Below, in pieces: positions 34,848 to 47,080 of a stretch of DNA of 64,000 nucleotides. Under the pieces are notes generated by a model. It had not been told where the DNA came from. It saw only the letters and a program-made list of their open reading frames with translations, and did not search any database. Each line of letters begins with the position of its first letter. Within the stretch, counting starts at the first letter, position 1. A program made the position numbers and the translations under genes. The stretch is from Psilocybe cubensis (taxonomy: Eukaryota): the NCBI GenBank assembly GCA_017499595.2, contig CM039009.1, forward strand, positions 682,001-746,000, read 5' to 3'.

Positions 34848-35334
34848 TTATGGGTGAAGACAAAGGTAATTTTTTGTATGGCAGCACTTCGCATTTCATA
34901 AAGATGGGCGCTGTAACTTGTATGTCGGTGATTAGAAGCAAAGTTAGTTTTCAACAGACATACGAATTAGTGACACTTACTCAAACTCTACACCGCTGGC
35001 ACCTGGACACCACTGGACATGGTTGTAAAGGAGAAAAACCTGCATCAAAACATTGACACACGCGAGGAACGTATAACCCCCTGGTTTTACGAGATGTGCT
35101 ATTCATAGTTACGATAATTGCGGTTTCTGAAAGCCGTACTGCAATATGGCAAGTTATAATTGCATATTGAGTTCCGGCACGATCGATTTAGGGCCGGCAT
35201 ACTGAACAAATTACTACGCGAGTTGAAAGTGTCACGTGTATTACCTAATATTAGTAACCTTAGGGCCGGTATGAACGCGAATAAGCCGCGATCGTTGCCC
35301 ATTTTTCGTGCCATTTCCTCTCATCATCGTCCAA

Positions 35335-38300
35335 ATGAGTTCCCCAAATTCTGACACCGAGATATACACCACTATGAGTGGTGCTACCTCGCCAGACATT
35401 GTTCCGAGCACGCCCGCTACCACACCGCCAACAAATACTTCACCAGAATGTAGTAGGGCAAGCAGTGTATTGGGGGACCCAGTTAAGGTATGTTTTAATT
35501 CGCCTTCCTGACGTGTATATGGTTATTATATCTGATTCATGATATCCAATAGGAAGAAACAGTTCCAGAAAACAATGACTCGCTGTCCATGAGCGAAACG
35601 GTAAGCGCGACCTCTATGGTCTTTCAACTGATCTCACAATTACCTGAAGGAAATGGAGAAGCGGTTATCTCGTTTACAATTCGTCCTCGACCGCTCAGCA
35701 GTGTTCTCAACCATTCTAAAAAACCGAATGGACGAGGAGAAGGCAAGGCAGGCCGCCCTCCAAGCTGAGAAGAGAAAAGAACAGACCGGGAAGAAGCGCG
35801 GCCGTTCTGCAGTCCAATCATCACCTAAAGGAAAACGCAAAAAGGGCGCGAACGGAAACGCTGTTCCCATAGAAGAGCCAGAAGTCGAGGATGGCGAGGG
35901 TGCTGTTTTCCAGCAACCGGCACTCATTACGGGTGCCAAACTCAAACCATACCAGCTGGAAGGATTACAGTGGATGGTGTCTCTTGATCAGAATGGTATT
36001 TCTGGTATTTTAGGTTAGTGCGAATGTCTTCTAGCTACGTTGTGCCATTACTGACATTGTCTAAGCGGACGAAATGGGTCTTGGAAAGGTGCTTGTCAAT
36101 GTTAATGTGATGAAACATGACTGATGTTGTTATAGACTTTGCAAACGATTGCCTTTAGTGCATACCTGCGCGAGCATCACAACTCCAGACCGTTTCTCAT
36201 CGTCTGCCCGCTCAGTGTGCTTCACAACTGGGTAGATGAATACAAGAAGTTCGCTCCTGACGTATGTTATTACCCTACAAATCATATTTATAACCCACTG
36301 ACACCCTTCAAGATTCCTGTCTGCATGTATCATGGTACCCCAGAAGAACGAGCTGAACTTCGACGGACAGTAATGTCACTGTCTGGGAATGAAGTTGCGG
36401 CCCCCAAGCCCAAGGCTAAAACTCCAAAGAAGAAGACACCTGTCCAGGCGACGCGCAAATCCGACAGGACCGCCAAACCTGTAGCAGAGACATCGTCTAC
36501 GGGATCAAAAAGGCGCGGACGCCCCAGAAAGTCGAAAGTTGTCGAAGACGAAGATGAAGAAAGGGAAACAATGGATGTCGATAAAGAGGTTGAGGAGGTC
36601 GAACCTATCACGTTCCCCATCGTATTAACGACGTACGAAATGATTATCAAAGACCGAACCTACCTCTCTCATTACGACTGGGGCTACATTGTCGTTGATG
36701 AAGGGCATAGGTTAAAGAATCTCGACTGCAAACTGATGAAGGAAATCAAGAAATACCAGAGTGCCGGACGAATGATTTTGACTGGCACACCGTTGCATGT
36801 ATGTTTATCTTCTTGTTCTATCACATCTTTGTTGACGCACTTTACAGAATAATTTGGGTGAATTGTGGGCACTTCTCAATTTCATCTTGCCGGACATTTT
36901 CGATGACGTCGACACTTTTGAAGAATGGTACGTGTTATTCCTACAGTTTGTTTAACTTGAATTGACATGAGTTGTCAGGTTCGACTTGCCTCAACTACAA
37001 TCTTCCTTACCAACGTCTCAATCATCTCAAATCATTTCCTCCCTCCACGCCATATTGAAACCCTTCCTCTTGCGACGGCTTAAAGTCGACGTTGAAACAA
37101 ACTTACCTCCCAAGAAAGAATATGTCCTTTATGCACCCCTCAGTATGCGACAAAGAGAGGCATACGACCGCGTTCTAGATGGCGGACTCAGGAAGTGGCT
37201 GATTCAAGGCGGCACATCGGGCGTTGAAATCCCGGTAGACACAGATGAGTGCGTGGCGGTGAAGAAGGAGGAAGATGCAGATGGCAAGGTACCCGACAAC
37301 GACAGCAAGGAGGAAGAGGACAAGCAGGAGGGCACTTCGAAACGGCGTGCATCGACGCGGTTCGTAAAGGGCGGCCGGAAGAGCTATGCTGTCGATGGAA
37401 GTGACCGCGAGTACTTTAAGATGCTGGAGCGCGGTGAGCTTGATGAACGTGGGCTTAAGGTCACCAAGACAAAGGAAGAAGCAGCGGAGGAAGAGGCGAG
37501 GATAGGGAGGGAGCATCAGGAGCGGACGAAAGGTATGTTTACCACCGAGTTTTTTCTCCTGCGATGGAACCTAATGTCTCGATCGCAGTAAAACAAGTCA
37601 ACAACATGAAACTCCAGAATACGGTCATGCAGTTGCGTAAAGTATGCTCGCATCCGTTCTTGTTCGATTGGCCTATAGACCCAAACACAATGTACCCTGT
37701 CTTGGGCGAGGAGCTCGTCAACGCGAGCGGAAAGATGATGGTTCTCGACCGACTGCTCAGAGAGTTGTTCAAGCGGAAGCATAAAGTGTTACTTTTCAGT
37801 CAGTTCACGACTATGCTCGACATCATTGAAGTGCGTATCTGCGTGCCTACCCATGCACAGCGTCTTAATTGCATTTGTTGTATAGGATTGGGCGGTTGAT
37901 TATATGGGTTGGCCAATTTGCCGCATAGACGGTTCAACAGCGCCGCAGGAAAGAAGAGAACAGATGAACAAGTTCCAGAACGGGGGCGATGACCCGAATG
38001 CGCCCTGTCTTTTCTTGCTCAGCACCCGCGCCGGAGGCTTGGGTATAAATCTGGTCGCTGCCGATACCGTCATTTTCTACGACCAGGATTGGGTATGTCT
38101 TTTCGTTCTGAAATTGGTGCATGTTAGCGTATATTTACAGACGTGCTTGTAGAATCCTCAGATGGATGCGCAAGCACAGGACCGCGCGCATCGCATTGGA
38201 CAAACTAAACCTGTGCTGATATATAGGCTGGTTAGTGCGCACACCATTGAGACCAAGATCATGCAACGTGCTACAGAGAAGCGCAAACTTGAGGCGCTTG

Positions 38301-38813
38301 TGATCGCCAAAGGTACGCAACTAATTCTTTAATTTTAAATTGAAATCTCTAAGGCTCATGCTCTTACAATCTACCACAGGCAAATTTAGGAAGCCAGCTG
38401 CAGCCGCTGCGAACCCGAAGCGCGAAACGATGGCGGACATGGCCGCTTCGTTGTTGCGTCTGGAAGGAGAGAAAATCGACGTCGTGCCCAACACCAAAGA
38501 GGGCAAGCAAGGGGTTCTGAGCGACGAGGATCTTGATCTTCTGCTTGACCGCAGACCGGAGGTGTTTGCGGAGCGCGGGCAAGGGTGGACCTCGGGTGGT
38601 GTGCGCGCGGTCGCGGGAGGCACAGCTGTCACTGGGGGCGTCACCACGGGTGTCGGTGCGACTGGTGGTGACGAGGAGAGCGCGGCTGGTCAAATTGATC
38701 ACTCTGCGATGGGTGCTGGGAAGAAGGCTGCGTTTGCTGTGTATGAAGCACCTGCTGAAGAGGGAAATGATGCGCTTGCGAAGATGATGGCGGAAGTGGA
38801 GGAGGCGTCGTAA
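35335..38813 (+). CDS. SNF2-family chromatin remodeller, HELLS/LSH/DDM1/IRC5 type (multi-exon)
   Basis: [102 protein letters not shown]. The N-terminal [13 protein letters not shown] and C-terminal LDLLLDR segments fit the Lsh subfamily. Confidence 0.93.
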
Positions 38814-39684
38814 GGCGTTGTGGAGAAGCGCTGAGTACACCTTTTTCTGTTTCTTTCTTCTTGTACATACATATACCTTATCTCTCAATTTTGCTATCCA
38901 ACTGTTGAAAACGGTACTCATTATTTTGTTTACGTGTAGATACCCTTAATTTCATTACTCCTGCCTATGCCGATGTATACTACTAATCAATCGAATTTAT
39001 TGTACCATATGAAACGTGTTCACCATTCACTTCAGCAGCTCTAAACCGCAGTGCACGCAAGACCCTATTTCCATGGATCACATTTCCAAGAATGACAAAT
39101 TTTAACCAAAATATCCTATATCACTCGTTTATGATCAATATCCTCAGCGACTCGGGCACAAAACTCTCGATTTTTACACCGCTGCCCTCAGCGTGTATAG
39201 GTGGGCGGGACCTTAAAAAAATTAACAAAAATGCGGACGATAATTCTGCGGTATTTGAGTCGGTGTGTGCTGCTGTCATTGATACAAGCAATGCGTTGAT
39301 AAAAAAATACTCCTACTTAAAATTCATAATTGCAGTGGGAACACTGCCTAAATCCTACAAAGATGACCAACATTCTGGACTACGCTGCAGATCTGCGGGC
39401 TCGGATCCTCACTCAATTTGCAGTTCATAATCACTTGGTATGCCCGTGGGTGTCGGAGCGTGTTTATGTCCCAGGACTCTCCGCCTTGGCGGTCACATGC
39501 ATATGTTATGGAAGAGCGTCGAGTTTGATTCCGTGCTTTCACGTAACCCTTCTTTTAACCTCCCACCACCACATCCAATAACATCTCATTTGCATTCGAG
39601 CTACACATTTCATTAGGAACTCCAACAAAGCGCCTTTTCTCCTGAAGAATACCCACCAAGACAGCATTATCTTACGTGCTCTGA

Positions 39685-41280
39685 ATGACCGTCAAAATAG
39701 GCGCGATCTCACCAATTTACCTTCTTAATCTCGACATACTATGGAGGATCTTTTCGATAAATGCTAGTGCATATTGGACCAGCAGGTCAATACCAACGCA
39801 TCGAAACCAAAGAGCTTTGACTATCCTACATCGTTCATCTCAAGTCTGCCGGAAGTGGAGGCAGATAATTTTAGATTCTCCAGCTTTGTGGGGGATGGTT
39901 TTCGACCTTGACCTGATGTCTCAATACGACGAATCGTGGAGGAAACTTATCTTAGAAAGATCTAAAAATGCACGACTATGCATCAGCGGCACGATAAGGG
40001 GAGGCCATTTCAGTTTCGATGCCTTTTTTGTTAACCTTCTTCACAATCACTGGCCAAGGATACGGAGGTTAGATGTCTTTGTTGGGGACCACTATCTACT
40101 CGAAACAGACGCATGGGACATTTTCCAGCAACCCGCTTTGCAACTGGAAATATTTAAGCTCTACTTCGAAGAGGAAGGGTCAGCATTGTTTTCGGATCCA
40201 GATTCCCCCATTTTTGCCAACAACGCGCCAGTTTTGCGCGAATTCATGTTCCCCGATACTTCCACGAAGTATATGTCTCTCCAGGCTCCGTGGCTAAGGC
40301 AGCTGCGCTCACTCGTAATGATATCCGGATTTGGAGCATCAGAATTGCTCGAAACTTTGAGGGAGCTGCCTCAACTCGAGTATCTGGAACTGCGTGAGAG
40401 CATCTTGGAACCAGTAGACTGCAATGCGTCGATTGTTTGTCTTCCCAACATTCGAAAACTGACCATTTCGAACACCCTATCCACTTCCCTCTTCTTCCTC
40501 AAACACATCACGCTCTCCCCTGGCGCATCGATAAATTTACTGACAGAAGAACGTATGGACACTCACGATAGGGTTTCGGATTCAGTCGTCGATGAAGTAT
40601 GTGGCCAAATATCCCGATACACCAAAAACTATATAAACAATGATTATGGTTTGGCGAAGTCTATCTTCGTCAAAATTGGACCTCCAACGTTCGCCTTCAA
40701 AATGCGCAAAACCGCAAACGAGCTCATTCCAATGCCATCTGAGAACGACTTTCGCATTGGAATTTTCAGCAATCATCTATCTCGGGATGCAGTACCCAAG
40801 ATGATGGCCTGTTTAGATCCTCGCCAATTTACGGAAACTATCAGGCTAGAGTTTATCCCTTACATGATCGATATCATCGAGGACGCCCAACCAACCATCA
40901 CATCTCTCCTACGCGCTCTCTCCTCTGTAAAAGTCATGATGACATCAGAGAACGGTCTTAGGGCTTTCATGAATGCCCAATCTGAATATCCCGACATTCT
41001 TCCTGCAATGGATACCTTTTGGCTCAAGTACATCGAACCCACCTCTGAACGATTCCCCCAACTCCTCTTGGATTTTTTGCACTCTCGCCGGGATGCTGGT
41101 AAGCCTGTTACGACTATCAACATATCCGACTCTTCTTGGCAATTTAAAGAAAAGCTCGATTGGGGGTATCTGGAAGTAATAGACGGTCTTACCGTCATTT
41201 TACGCCATGACTCGCAAGTACTTGATCACTATACCTGTGGCACTGGAAATCCAAAAACTCTTGATATGCGGACAGTATAA
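39685..41280 (+). CDS. F-box-like protein with LRR-like body
   Basis: 531-aa ORF; PIYLLNLDILWRIF...SSQVCRKWRQIILDSPALWG; WPRIRRL and LPQLEYLEL repeats. Confidence 0.8.
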   Translation: MTVKIGAISPIYLLNLDILWRIFSINASAYWTSRSIPTHRNQRALTILHRSSQVCRKWRQIILDSPALWGMVFDLDLMSQYDESWRKLILERSKNARLCISGTIRGGHFSFDAFFVNLLHNHWPRIRRLDVFVGDHYLLETDAWDIFQQPALQLEIFKLYFEEEGSALFSDPDSPIFANNAPVLREFMFPDTSTKYMSLQAPWLRQLRSLVMISGFGASELLETLRELPQLEYLELRESILEPVDCNASIVCLPNIRKLTISNTLSTSLFFLKHITLSPGASINLLTEERMDTHDRVSDSVVDEVCGQISRYTKNYINNDYGLAKSIFVKIGPPTFAFKMRKTANELIPMPSENDFRIGIFSNHLSRDAVPKMMACLDPRQFTETIRLEFIPYMIDIIEDAQPTITSLLRALSSVKVMMTSENGLRAFMNAQSEYPDILPAMDTFWLKYIEPTSERFPQLLLDFLHSRRDAGKPVTTINISDSSWQFKEKLDWGYLEVIDGLTVILRHDSQVLDHYTCGTGNPKTLDMRTV

Positions 41281-41708
41281 TCAAGTTAATTAATTTGTTT
41301 AAAAGCAATGTTGCTATAATAGACCTACGCCGTCTCCCTGTCTTACCCCTTTATTCAACCTTCTCTTGACGCGACGCGCGTTTATATCACGTGTATTTTA
41401 TTTCTTATCACCTGACATCATGATCCTGAACACAGAATTCGAGCTTCAATCCAACCTCCGTTCATTGCCTCTTATTAACGGAAAGGATGTACGCATATAC
41501 TATGAATCTACGACAGGCCTCTTCGGAACGAGAGTTTCTTCCTGTGTTTGTGTTTTTCCTAAGGCCTCACGATGACATGCCGCTAAAAGCTTGCTGGCGT
41601 TGATCGCGAACCGTGAGATTGTCTCACGGTTCATTGTATTTTTTCTTTTTCCTATTCAACGCCTTTTACGCTCTGTCTTCACCCGCAAGGACCGCAACAT
41701 TATGCACC

Positions 41709-44367
41709 ATGTCGACTGACGATTATGAAGTGAGACTTGCCTGTGTTACTTTCATCTAACTGGGATGACTACGAAATTTTCAGCAAGAGAAACCTTGGGA
41801 ACTCAAAGACGACTTCAAGTATTCTCCTGAAAAACCGGAAGGCGATTCATGGACTCTGCTTGGGGCACCTTTGATGGAAAAGGACGAAAAACTGTGCAAA
41901 ATATTACGAGACGAAGTGAATAACCTGCTGTTATTTGTGAGTCTAATTTCAAAATAAATCATCAATCGGACTTGACAGTCAAGTTCCCTAAGGCCGGTCT
42001 TTTCTCCGCTGTTGTTACAGCCTTCGTCGTGGAGTCATATCATAATCTACAGCCGGATCCCAACGACGATGTGATCCTTCTACTTTCAAGAATATCGGAA
42101 AGCCTTGTTGGTGGCGAAAATACATCGAGCACTACCGGAAACTTTCTTCCCTCAGCCTCATTCTCCCCAAGTCAGTCAGCGGTTCGCGTCAACATTACAT
42201 GGTTCACAAGCTTGATATTCAGCTTGATTAGCGTCCTCGTGTCTATTGTTGCTCTACAATGGCTTCGGTCTCATCAAACATACTTTGGATTATCACCCAG
42301 AGACACGCTCGCCGTCTTGAACATGCGCTCGGAAGCCTTGCAGAAATGGCAAGTTGCAACAATTATCATGAGTTTGCCTGTCCTACTGGAGGTCTCTGTA
42401 TTGCTGTTCTTTTCTGGAATGGTTGATTTCCTTATTTCACTTGGCAACACTCCAGTAGTCATTGCAGTCTCAACTACCATTGGTCTGGCAGTGCTCTTTC
42501 TTCTCGTCACCACCACGTTGCCCACTGTCCAGACGTTGAAACTTCGTTTTGCCGCCTTGCACCCTCACGGTACTTTGGGTAAAAGACCACCTCCGTCACA
42601 GTGTCCCTACAAGTCTCCTCAATCTCTACTCTTTCATCATATCTGCTGTGTAATTATTCATTGCTGTCGATATGTTCGCTCATGGCTCGAACTTACTCAT
42701 AAAAAGTTGTGCACCTACTCTATCACATATGACACTGTCTTCAGGTCAACTAATAAACGACCTCCGCATAACCAAGCACTTCTCTACCATCTATCCACTA
42801 CATATTCACAGGAAACATGGCTGGGTATTGATTTGGCTTGGCTTGGTATTCGCGACGCCGCTGAACACGGTGCATCGCTGGCTGAACCAGACATAGGCGA
42901 ACTAGATCGATATTCGCTCAGCGAGCGCAGTTTGCCTTTGTATGATATCGTTCAAGGCTTTCAAAAGGCCGCCGGGGCCGACTATACCCATATATTTGGC
43001 TCTGCGGTGTACCACTGTTTTCAAGAGCTATCTTACGCCTCTGTCATGACCTTCGCGATGAAGCGTTTTGGTCTTCGCATTTTTCGGACCACCAATACCT
43101 GGGACGTTATCTCACAGCATATTCTAGATCGAAATAAATACTTCCAATCGCTATTGTACGCGGGACGGGACCTCTCATCGAATCGCCACCTTCGTCGTAT
43201 GATTAGTAGCACAGATTTTATCGATTTTGGGACCCCTGAATTTCTTCACGTACTAACTTCCAACATTCAAATATTGCATCATCAAAATTTGCTGTTGCAT
43301 CTTGAAAGTCTCAATAGCAACGATCGGTACTCTCAAATAACGTCGAATCATCGCAAGGAAATTATGATCCGTCTTGATAAAGCTCTCTATCAACGCGATC
43401 TGCGCCTCCAAAGACAGGTGTTCTCCTTGCCTCCATATCTGAAAGGCAAAATTTTCGAATCCAATCTTCCAGTCTATATGCCGATGGTGTCACAAGTTTG
43501 TGTCTTGCACTAATCTCGATATACTATTGTGGAAACTGACCTCCGTCTGTTTTTTTACTTGTAGTATCCCTCCTAAATCAATACAGCTATGCTCTGACAG
43601 ATTATTTTAAATACGCATCCACTGCATCAGCAGCCACCGTCACACCTAGGTCACTACACGTCCATGCTGACGTTGTCGAGTTCCTTGAGAACGCCAGTTG
43701 GGAAATGTACCGCAGCATTACCACTTTCTCCCTTTCACGCATGGCATCAGAGGATCGGCTCAAGGTTTGCAAAGCGTTCAATAGGGTCATAGACTGTTTG
43801 TCCGACCTTATGCAAGTGAAAGACCTGAACCACGACACATCGGAAACGTTGTCGGACATCCCGATTTCAGTATACCTACTCTATTCCGCGTCGATTTATA
43901 CCAGGCGTCTCTTCGCCCTCACGCAGTCAATGCTAACAGAGCCGGGCTTGCTGCTTACACTTCCCGAAGACACAACAAATAAAATTTCCTCCCTTCTTTG
44001 CACAATAGATTTATATCGCAGTCGCTCGTCAATCGACCTTACGACAAACGGCTTGGCTATTCTACTCGAAAGAAAATTTAGGGGCGTAGATCGGTATGGA
44101 AACGTGCCTCGGTTTACCCTGGAGTGGTGGTTATTCCTTGATAGCAATTCGGAGAACTCAAATCGGCATGTGGGGCGATTCAAGGCTATGTGGTACGAGG
44201 AGATGTTCCACGATCAGTTGAAGCGCCTCACAAGCGCATATTACACCGCTCCATTGAGGACATTGCAAAACTCTGTCTTGGTAGATGGCCGCCGTGATTT
44301 TTCAACGCAAGCCGATAATTTCACTGAAACAGGGAGTTTCACGGTGCAGATTCTACCTTCTGTATAG
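41709..44367 (+). CDS. DUF6535-type multi-pass membrane protein, paralogue 1
   Basis: Spliced ...CKILRDEVNNLLLF|AGLFSAVVTAFVVESY..LQPD...AVRVNITWFTSL...QWLR...CPYKSPQS, the motif pattern of DUF6535 proteins. Confidence 0.8.
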
Positions 44368-45081
44368 CTCCGTATTCTTGTATTTGAAAGTTTAACTGTC
44401 AATTTGATGCTTTGAAATCACTCAATTTTGCTCTAGTCAGTTCCACGGTCAGGAAAGAGAGAGAGATATCGACCTGGAACAAGATAGAAAAAGACATATC
44501 TGTAGACGTCGGGAAACCGTCGGGAAACCCGCCTAGACAATATTAATAGGTGTCGGTACTACATAATAGGCAATTATTAAACTTCTGGGTCCGTACCAAT
44601 CCAAATCTAATACTACGTTTGGAAGTCGAATAAGATTTGCCTCATAAAGCATATCATTCGCTACAAAACGCCTTCTATAGACACGTCCTCTTAGTGAGAG
44701 GCTAATGCCTCCGAAAAAACTAGGCTCGGCCCAATCCCGAACAAACTTGACCAAAAGGAAGCACCAATCCGCAGAATTCCGGACACCATATTACTCGACA
44801 TGGAAAATCTCGTGTTCGTATTTTTAGGACATTATTACGCTGTGTGCAGGTATAAAAGACTGGATGTTTGCCGTAGTCCTACATCGCATAGCAGCGCTAC
44901 AGTTGCTTCGCATCATACAGAGAACCTTCTCTCTCCTTATCATTTTACATCTTCAAACTTTCGTCGTCAATCTCTTCGTCGGCAGAAGCTCTCGAAGTTC
45001 TTTTGCACAACGAATGTTAGCCTTCTACGCCTTTGATAACGTCCGTCCGTCATTTCTGATCTATTTGTATTTATATTTCAG

Positions 45082-46440
45082 ATGTCTGGATATTACTATA
45101 ACTCAACTCCTCATTGCTATGCCTCCCAGTCTGTGTACCCACCTCTGCTTTACGCTCATGAACCTACCGTAAATGTCAACGATGATTTGGGAGTCCACGG
45201 GGGCATCGTTTCTGATAGCTCACATGCATCAGAGCAGACAACTCGTATGTCTTCTTTATTTTCCAAATTATTTTGACTGCTTCAACGCTCAATGACAATC
45301 ACTAGAATATCCCTCGTCTTCTTCTGATGTAAGTTATATTACATTGTATTTTTTGTGATGAAAGTCTCATTTGTACGAGCAGGAAATGGACTCCGACTTA
45401 GAAGACTCCGAACAAGCGTATGAGATACCAATTCCATCTATTTACGATACGGAAAAGTTGCTGCGCGAGCATCTACAGATTCCCGAGACGAAACCCCTGA
45501 ACCTTTACTCCCTTCCCGAATGTATTGATCCTAATGATCGAGCTATCAGGCCATCTACTATTGCTTTGGCCGCGCTTGCAATTTGGGGATCAGACTCAAA
45601 ACGGCTTTCACTTCAGGAGATAATCACGGCCATCGAGGCAAGATATCCCACTTGGGCATGGTTCAACCCGACTTCTGGGTCTAAACCGGCATGGAAGGTT
45701 GGTAAATTTCTCATCCTGATGCTTGCTTTTGGTTGTCGGGAGGTTCTGATAGCATCTTAGGGTTCCATCCGACACAGTCTAACATTAAAGGCTTGGTTTA
45801 TTCGCAAGAGAAGACCTGGATCTACCAACAAGAAAGACGGGATCTGGCATATAAATGTCGCATACGGCTTCGTTGATACTCGCCTTCGTAAACGGCGTTC
45901 AAGGCCTGATGCTCATTCCCACCCGTCACCAACTCCCTCTCCGACCAGTAATCATGAATTTTCTGTCATGACAGCACCGATGCTAAATAATGAGTTGGAT
46001 AATCATCATATCGCATCCGGATCTCACAATACAGTATCTTACGGACCTCCGCAAACAACAAATGCACAGGCCTATCAATACTTTGGCGTAGCAAGTTATC
46101 AAGGGGAAGAGCAGAATTATGCGAGTGTTTGTTTTGTTTAATAAAATATCGAAAGCATATTAATCTGACTTTTTTATTGTTTTCATATTAGTACCAACAG
46201 GCTGCACACCCAGCACCGAATTCATACATCTTTATTCAGGAACCATATCCTCGAACCTCGAATAGGGACGCCAGGGGTCCAAACATACATCACCACGCGC
46301 ACATGGACTTTATGCTGCCCGTAAACGCAACGAACATGTCCCAAGGCTCCTCTAGTGGCCGCCAAAGTACCGAGCGCAGTCGCCGAGCTCGAGGAAGGCA
46401 AATGCCACTGAGTGGGTCAAGGACCAGACGCACAATGTAA
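45082..46440 (+). CDS. Divergent forkhead (winged-helix) transcription factor
   Basis: RPSTIALAALAIWGSDSKRLSLQEIITAIEARYP...WK|GSIRHSLTLKAWFIRK...GIWHIN across an intron; basic RLRKRR follows. Confidence 0.8.
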
Positions 46441-47044
46441 ATGATAAGGCAAGATTACTACTTAGTATAAGTTTTCGTCCCTGTATTAACCTATGCTTAA
46501 TACAGATTTTCTTGCTTCGGAATCGGTCTCCCGTGAATTTGTCTTTACTTTGTATGGTGGTACCCAGCTTCTCAATGTACCACCAAATTTCTTCATTATC
46601 CAAATGTATTAATCACAGAAAATCATTGATATAACTTTGTATATTTTAATTTCCAAGTGAAGGCCCTTTTAACAGATCACTACTCAAAGTGCAATGTATG
46701 TTATCGAACTTTCGAGTGATTCCCACGGTATGGCCAGGTAATGTTGGGTCAAGTCTATAAATAAGTTCGGTTGAGACTCAGAGTAGCACAAATACCGTCC
46801 CCTCATTTTACTGTAAAAAGCTTTTCATAGCAAAGTTTAACTTTGCACTTGCAATACAATGCTTGATCCAAGTCGGCCGATTCGACGGTGAACGCTGGGA
46901 GAATACAATCCTTTTCAACCTTGTTGGCCATATATGGGCATTCTTCGGGCCCAGACCATCCGGCAACCGGCCTTGTTTTCTGCTTCATTGTTCAGTTTGC
47001 GGTTTGGTTGATCGGCGTATGTGGCACATGAGTCGGACTTCAAA

Positions 47045-47054
47045 ACGCGTCGCG
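47045..47054. promoter_or_regulatory. MCB-like ACGCGTCGCG element upstream of the kinase
   Basis: ACGCGT plus overlapping CGCG about 30 bp before the ATG; function inferred from yeast MCB boxes. Confidence 0.35.
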
Positions 47055-47080
47055 ATAAAAGTTCATTTTGGTCCACCTTG

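Noticed and set aside
39092-39581. Short ORFs between the helicase and the F-box gene
   Set aside because: No motif or consistent exon chain.
44508-44531. GTCGGGAAACC tandem duplicate as a CRISPR-like repeat
   Set aside because: Two adjacent copies with no spacers, in a eukaryotic context.
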